A stretch of 64,000 nt of DNA, taken from NCBI RefSeq assembly GCF_046119375.1, contig NW_027362790.1, positions 6,386,001-6,450,000 of the forward strand, in the 5' to 3' direction. Position numbers and translations under genes: made by a program. The DNA comes from Phyllobates terribilis (lineage: Eukaryota). A model generated the notes under the pieces. The model ran no database searches, was not told where the DNA came from, and was given only the letters and a program-made list of their open reading frames with translations. The stretch's first letter is position 1, and every line of letters begins with the position of its first letter. Below are positions 60,727 to 64,000 of the stretch, piece after piece.

Positions 60727-61207
60727 GGATGGAGCGAGACATGATGTCCCAGATGTGTCCCGGATTCAGGTCTGGGGAACGGGCGGGCCAGTCCATAGCT
60801 TCAATGCCTTCATCTTGCAGGAACTGCTGACACACTCCAGCCACATGAGGTCTGGCATTGTCCGGCATTAGGAGGAACCCAGGGCCAACCGCACCAGCAT
60901 ATGGTCTCACAAGGGGTCTGAGGATCTCATCTCGGTACCTAATGGCAGTCAGGCTACCTCTGCCGAGCACAAGGAGGGCTGTGCGGCCATCCAAAGAAAT
61001 GCCACAGAACACCAGGATTGGCAAAGTCGCCACTGGCGCCCTGTGCTCTTCACAGATGAAAGCAGGTTCACACTGAGCACATGTAACAGACGTGACAGAG
61101 TCTGGAGACGCCGTGGAGAGCGATCTGCTGCCTGCAACATCCCTCAGCATGACCGGTTTGGTAGTGGGTCAGTAATGGTGTGGGGTGGCATTTGTTTGGA
61201 GGGCCGC
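60727..61207. mobile_element. Tc1/mariner transposase fragment with internal inversion
   Basis: Plus strand 61006-61207 (VLFTDESRF..VMVWGGI); minus strand 60727-61005 (GISLDGRT..DNARPH..SPDLNP). Confidence 0.85.
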
Positions 61208-61679
61208 ACAGTTCCCTTTATTTTTTGAGCAGTGCATATACATATATAAAATGTTCCTCCCCCACCATGTGACATACTGCATACCTCATAGGGACAGCAG
61301 TCAGGAAGCACCAGTAGTACCAGCAGCTCCCACAGTACAATGCAAATGTAGCATTCTCAGCGTGTACTGACCAATGCTGTCCACCAGGTGGCATCAGCAG
61401 GAAATTACAGGGATGAGACAAGCACTGCATGACAGCCCCGCCCCAATCTGCCCTATACCAGACACGCCCCCTACCAACTCCCCACCCCCGCTGCCATGAC
61501 AACCGAATTGTTTAATGGCAGAATGAGACCTTATATGAGCAAAGAAGTAGCGGCCGGAGAGCGGGGTCCGCACAGGTGAGCGCCCCCATAACACAGTGTA
61601 TGTACTGCACGTCAGCTCTATGGCAGACTGTCACCTGTGCTGGATCCAGTACGTGTTACACTTATATCTGTACAGAGAC

Positions 61680-62085
61680 NNNNNNNNNNNNNNNNNNNNN
61701 NNNNNNNNNNNNNNNNNNNNNNNNNNNNNNNNNNNNNNNNNNNNNNNNNNNNNNNNNNNNNNNNNNNNNNNNNNNNNNNNNNNNNNNNNNNNNNNNNNNN
61801 NNNNNNNNNNNNNNNNNNNNNNNNNNNNNNNNNNNNNNNNNNNNNNNNNNNNNNNNNNNNNNNNNNNNNNNNNNNNNNNNNNNNNNNNNNNNNNNNNNNN
61901 NNNNNNNNNNNNNNNNNNNNNNNNNNNNNNNNNNNNNNNNNNNNNNNNNNNNNNNNNNNNNNNNNNNNNNNNNNNNNNNNNNNNNNNNNNNNNNNNNNNN
62001 NNNNNNNNNNNNNNNNNNNNNNNNNNNNNNNNNNNNNNNNNNNNNNNNNNNNNNNNNNNNNNNNNNNNNNNNNNNNNNNNNNNNN
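61680..62085. other. Assembly gap (406 N)
   Basis: Run of N. Confidence 1.
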
Positions 62086-63698
62086 TTGGACACACCTTCT
62101 CATTTAAAGATTTTTCTGGATTTTCATGACTTTGAAAATTGTACATTCACACTGAAAGCATCAAAACTATGAATTAACACATGTGGAATTATATACTTAA
62201 CAAAAAAGTGTGAAACAACTGAAAATATGTCTTATATTCTAGGTTCTTCAGAGTAGCCACCTTTTGGTTTGATGACTGCTTTGCACACTCTTGGCATTCT
62301 CTTGATGAGCTTCAAGAGGTAGTCACCGGAAATGGTCTTCCAACAATCTTGAAGGAGTTCCCAGAGATGCTTAGCACTTGTTGGCCCTTTTGCCTTCACT
62401 CTGTGGTCCAGCTCACGCCAAACCATCTCGATTGAGTTCAGGTCTGGTGACTGTGGAGGCCAGGTCAACTGGTGTAGCACCCCATCACTCTCTGTCTTGG
62501 TCAAATAGCCCTTACAAAGCCTGGAGGTGTGTTTGGGGTCATTGTCCTGTTGAAAAATAAATGATGGTCCAACTAAACGCAAACCAGATGGAATAGCATG
62601 CCACTGCAAGATGCTGTGGTAGCCATGCTGGTTCAGTATGCCTTCCATTTTGAATAAATCCACAACAGTGTCAGCAGCAAAGCACCCCCACACCATCACA
62701 CCTCCTCCTCCATGCTTCACGGTGGGAACCAGGCATGTAGAGTCCATCCGTTCACCTTTTCTGCGTCGCACAAAGACACGGTGGTTGGAACCAAAGATCT
62801 AAAATTTGGACTCATCAGACCAAAGCACAGATTTCCACTGGTCTAGTGTCCATTCCTTGTGTTCTTTAGCCCAAACAAGTCTCTTCTTCTTGTTGCCTGT
62901 CCTTAGCAGTGGTTTCCTAGCAGCTATTTTACCATGAAGGCCTGCTGCACAAAGTCTCCTCTTAACTGTTGTTGTAGAGATGTGTCTGCTGCTAGAACTC
63001 TGTGTGTCATTGACCTGGTCTCTAATCTGAGCTGCTGTTAACCTGCGATTTCTGAGGCTGGTGACTCGGATAAACTTATCCTCAGAAGCAGAGGTGACTC
63101 TTGGTCTTCCTTTACTGGGGCGGTCCTCATGTGACCCAGTTACTTTGTAGCGCTTCATGGTTTTTGCAACTGTACTTGGGGACACTTTCAAAGTTTTCCC
63201 AATTTTTCGGACTGACTGACCTTCATTTCTTAAAGTAATGATGGCCACTCGTTTTTCTTTACTTAGCTGCTTTTTTCTTGCCATAATACAAATTCTAACA
63301 GTCTATTCAGTAGGACTATCAGCTGTGTATTCACCTGACTTCTGCACAACACAACTGATGGTCCCAACCCCATTTATAAGGCAAGAAATCCCACTTATTA
63401 AACCTGACAGGGCACACCTGTGAAGTGAAAACCATTTCCGGTGACTACCTCTTGAAGCTCATCAAGAGAACGCCAAGAGTGTGCAAAGCAGTCATCAAAG
63501 CAAAAGGTGGCTACTTTGAAGAACCTAGAATATAAGACATATTTTCAGTTGTTTCACACGTTTTTGTTAAGTATATAATTCCACATGTGTTAATTCATAG
63601 TTTTGATGCTTTCAGTGTGAATGTACAATTTTCATAGTCATGAAAATACAGAAAAATCTTTAAATGAGAATGTGTGTCCAAACTTTTGGTCTGTACTA
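62086..63698 (-). mobile_element. Tc1 transposon; transposase 63284-62232 with a single in-frame TAG
   Basis: Long TIRs, one cut by the gap. ORFs 62799-63284 and 62232-62771 are in the same frame (SKF*IFGSNH). WSDES, QQDN, PDLNSIE motifs. Confidence 0.94.
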
Positions 63699-63777
63699 TA
63701 TAATCAAAAGATGTCAGCAGAACATCGGATGGAGTCAGTTTATTATCTGCAATGGAGCAGCTTAACATTGTATGTAC

Positions 63778-63930
63778 CTTTGACATTGCTATGTAGTCCA
63801 AACCATCAGAGCAGTTAAAGACCACACACTGCACGGCCAGCGCCTTGGCCAAATCTTTGGTGGTCTCAGTTTTTCCTGTGCCGGCCGGACCTTCTGGAGC
63901 TCCACCAAGATTTAGATAAAAAGCACCGAT
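63778..63930 (-). CDS. Axonemal dynein heavy chain exon (AAA1 Walker A), DNAH12-like
   Basis: 153-nt phase-0 exon between TAG| and |GTACAT encoding [51 protein letters not shown]. Paralog assignment is from recall. Confidence 0.93.
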
Positions 63931-64000
63931 CTACCAATGAAACATGAAAGAACTGGTATGAAATATCAATAATAATTGCTAATAAGTTTCATGCATCATA

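Noticed and set aside
61576-62172. ORFs spanning the N run
   Set aside because: Artefacts of the assembly gap.

Overview
Vertebrate genomic DNA, almost certainly a frog (anuran), judged from the gene and repeat families. About 406 N at 61680-62085 mark an assembly gap. Two host-gene components are visible. One is an intact six-coding-exon amphibian KRAB-like/C2H2 zinc-finger gene (minus strand, 9963-15627, 916 aa, 22 fingers). The other is a single spliceable exon of an axonemal dynein heavy chain (DNAH12-like AAA1 P-loop, minus strand, 63778-63930) whose next exon I could not find. The rest is a deeply nested transposon field: L1 (one full-length copy with TSD), L2, Penelope-like elements, two large hAT elements with internal satellites, at least seven Tc1/mariner copies, TTAA-targeting non-autonomous elements, a Helitron, solo LTRs, minisatellites and an 18S rRNA fragment. 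The most interesting unexplained structures are: (1) an HDV-ribozyme-like nested double pseudoknot in every unit of a 421-bp tandem array fused to a Penelope RT; (2) two promoter + histone-stem-loop units with no coding sequence; (3) a minimal hammerhead variant; (4) a 2-kb array of alternating palindromes; (5) the orphan dynein exon. All calls were made by eye; no database search or RNA folding was run.
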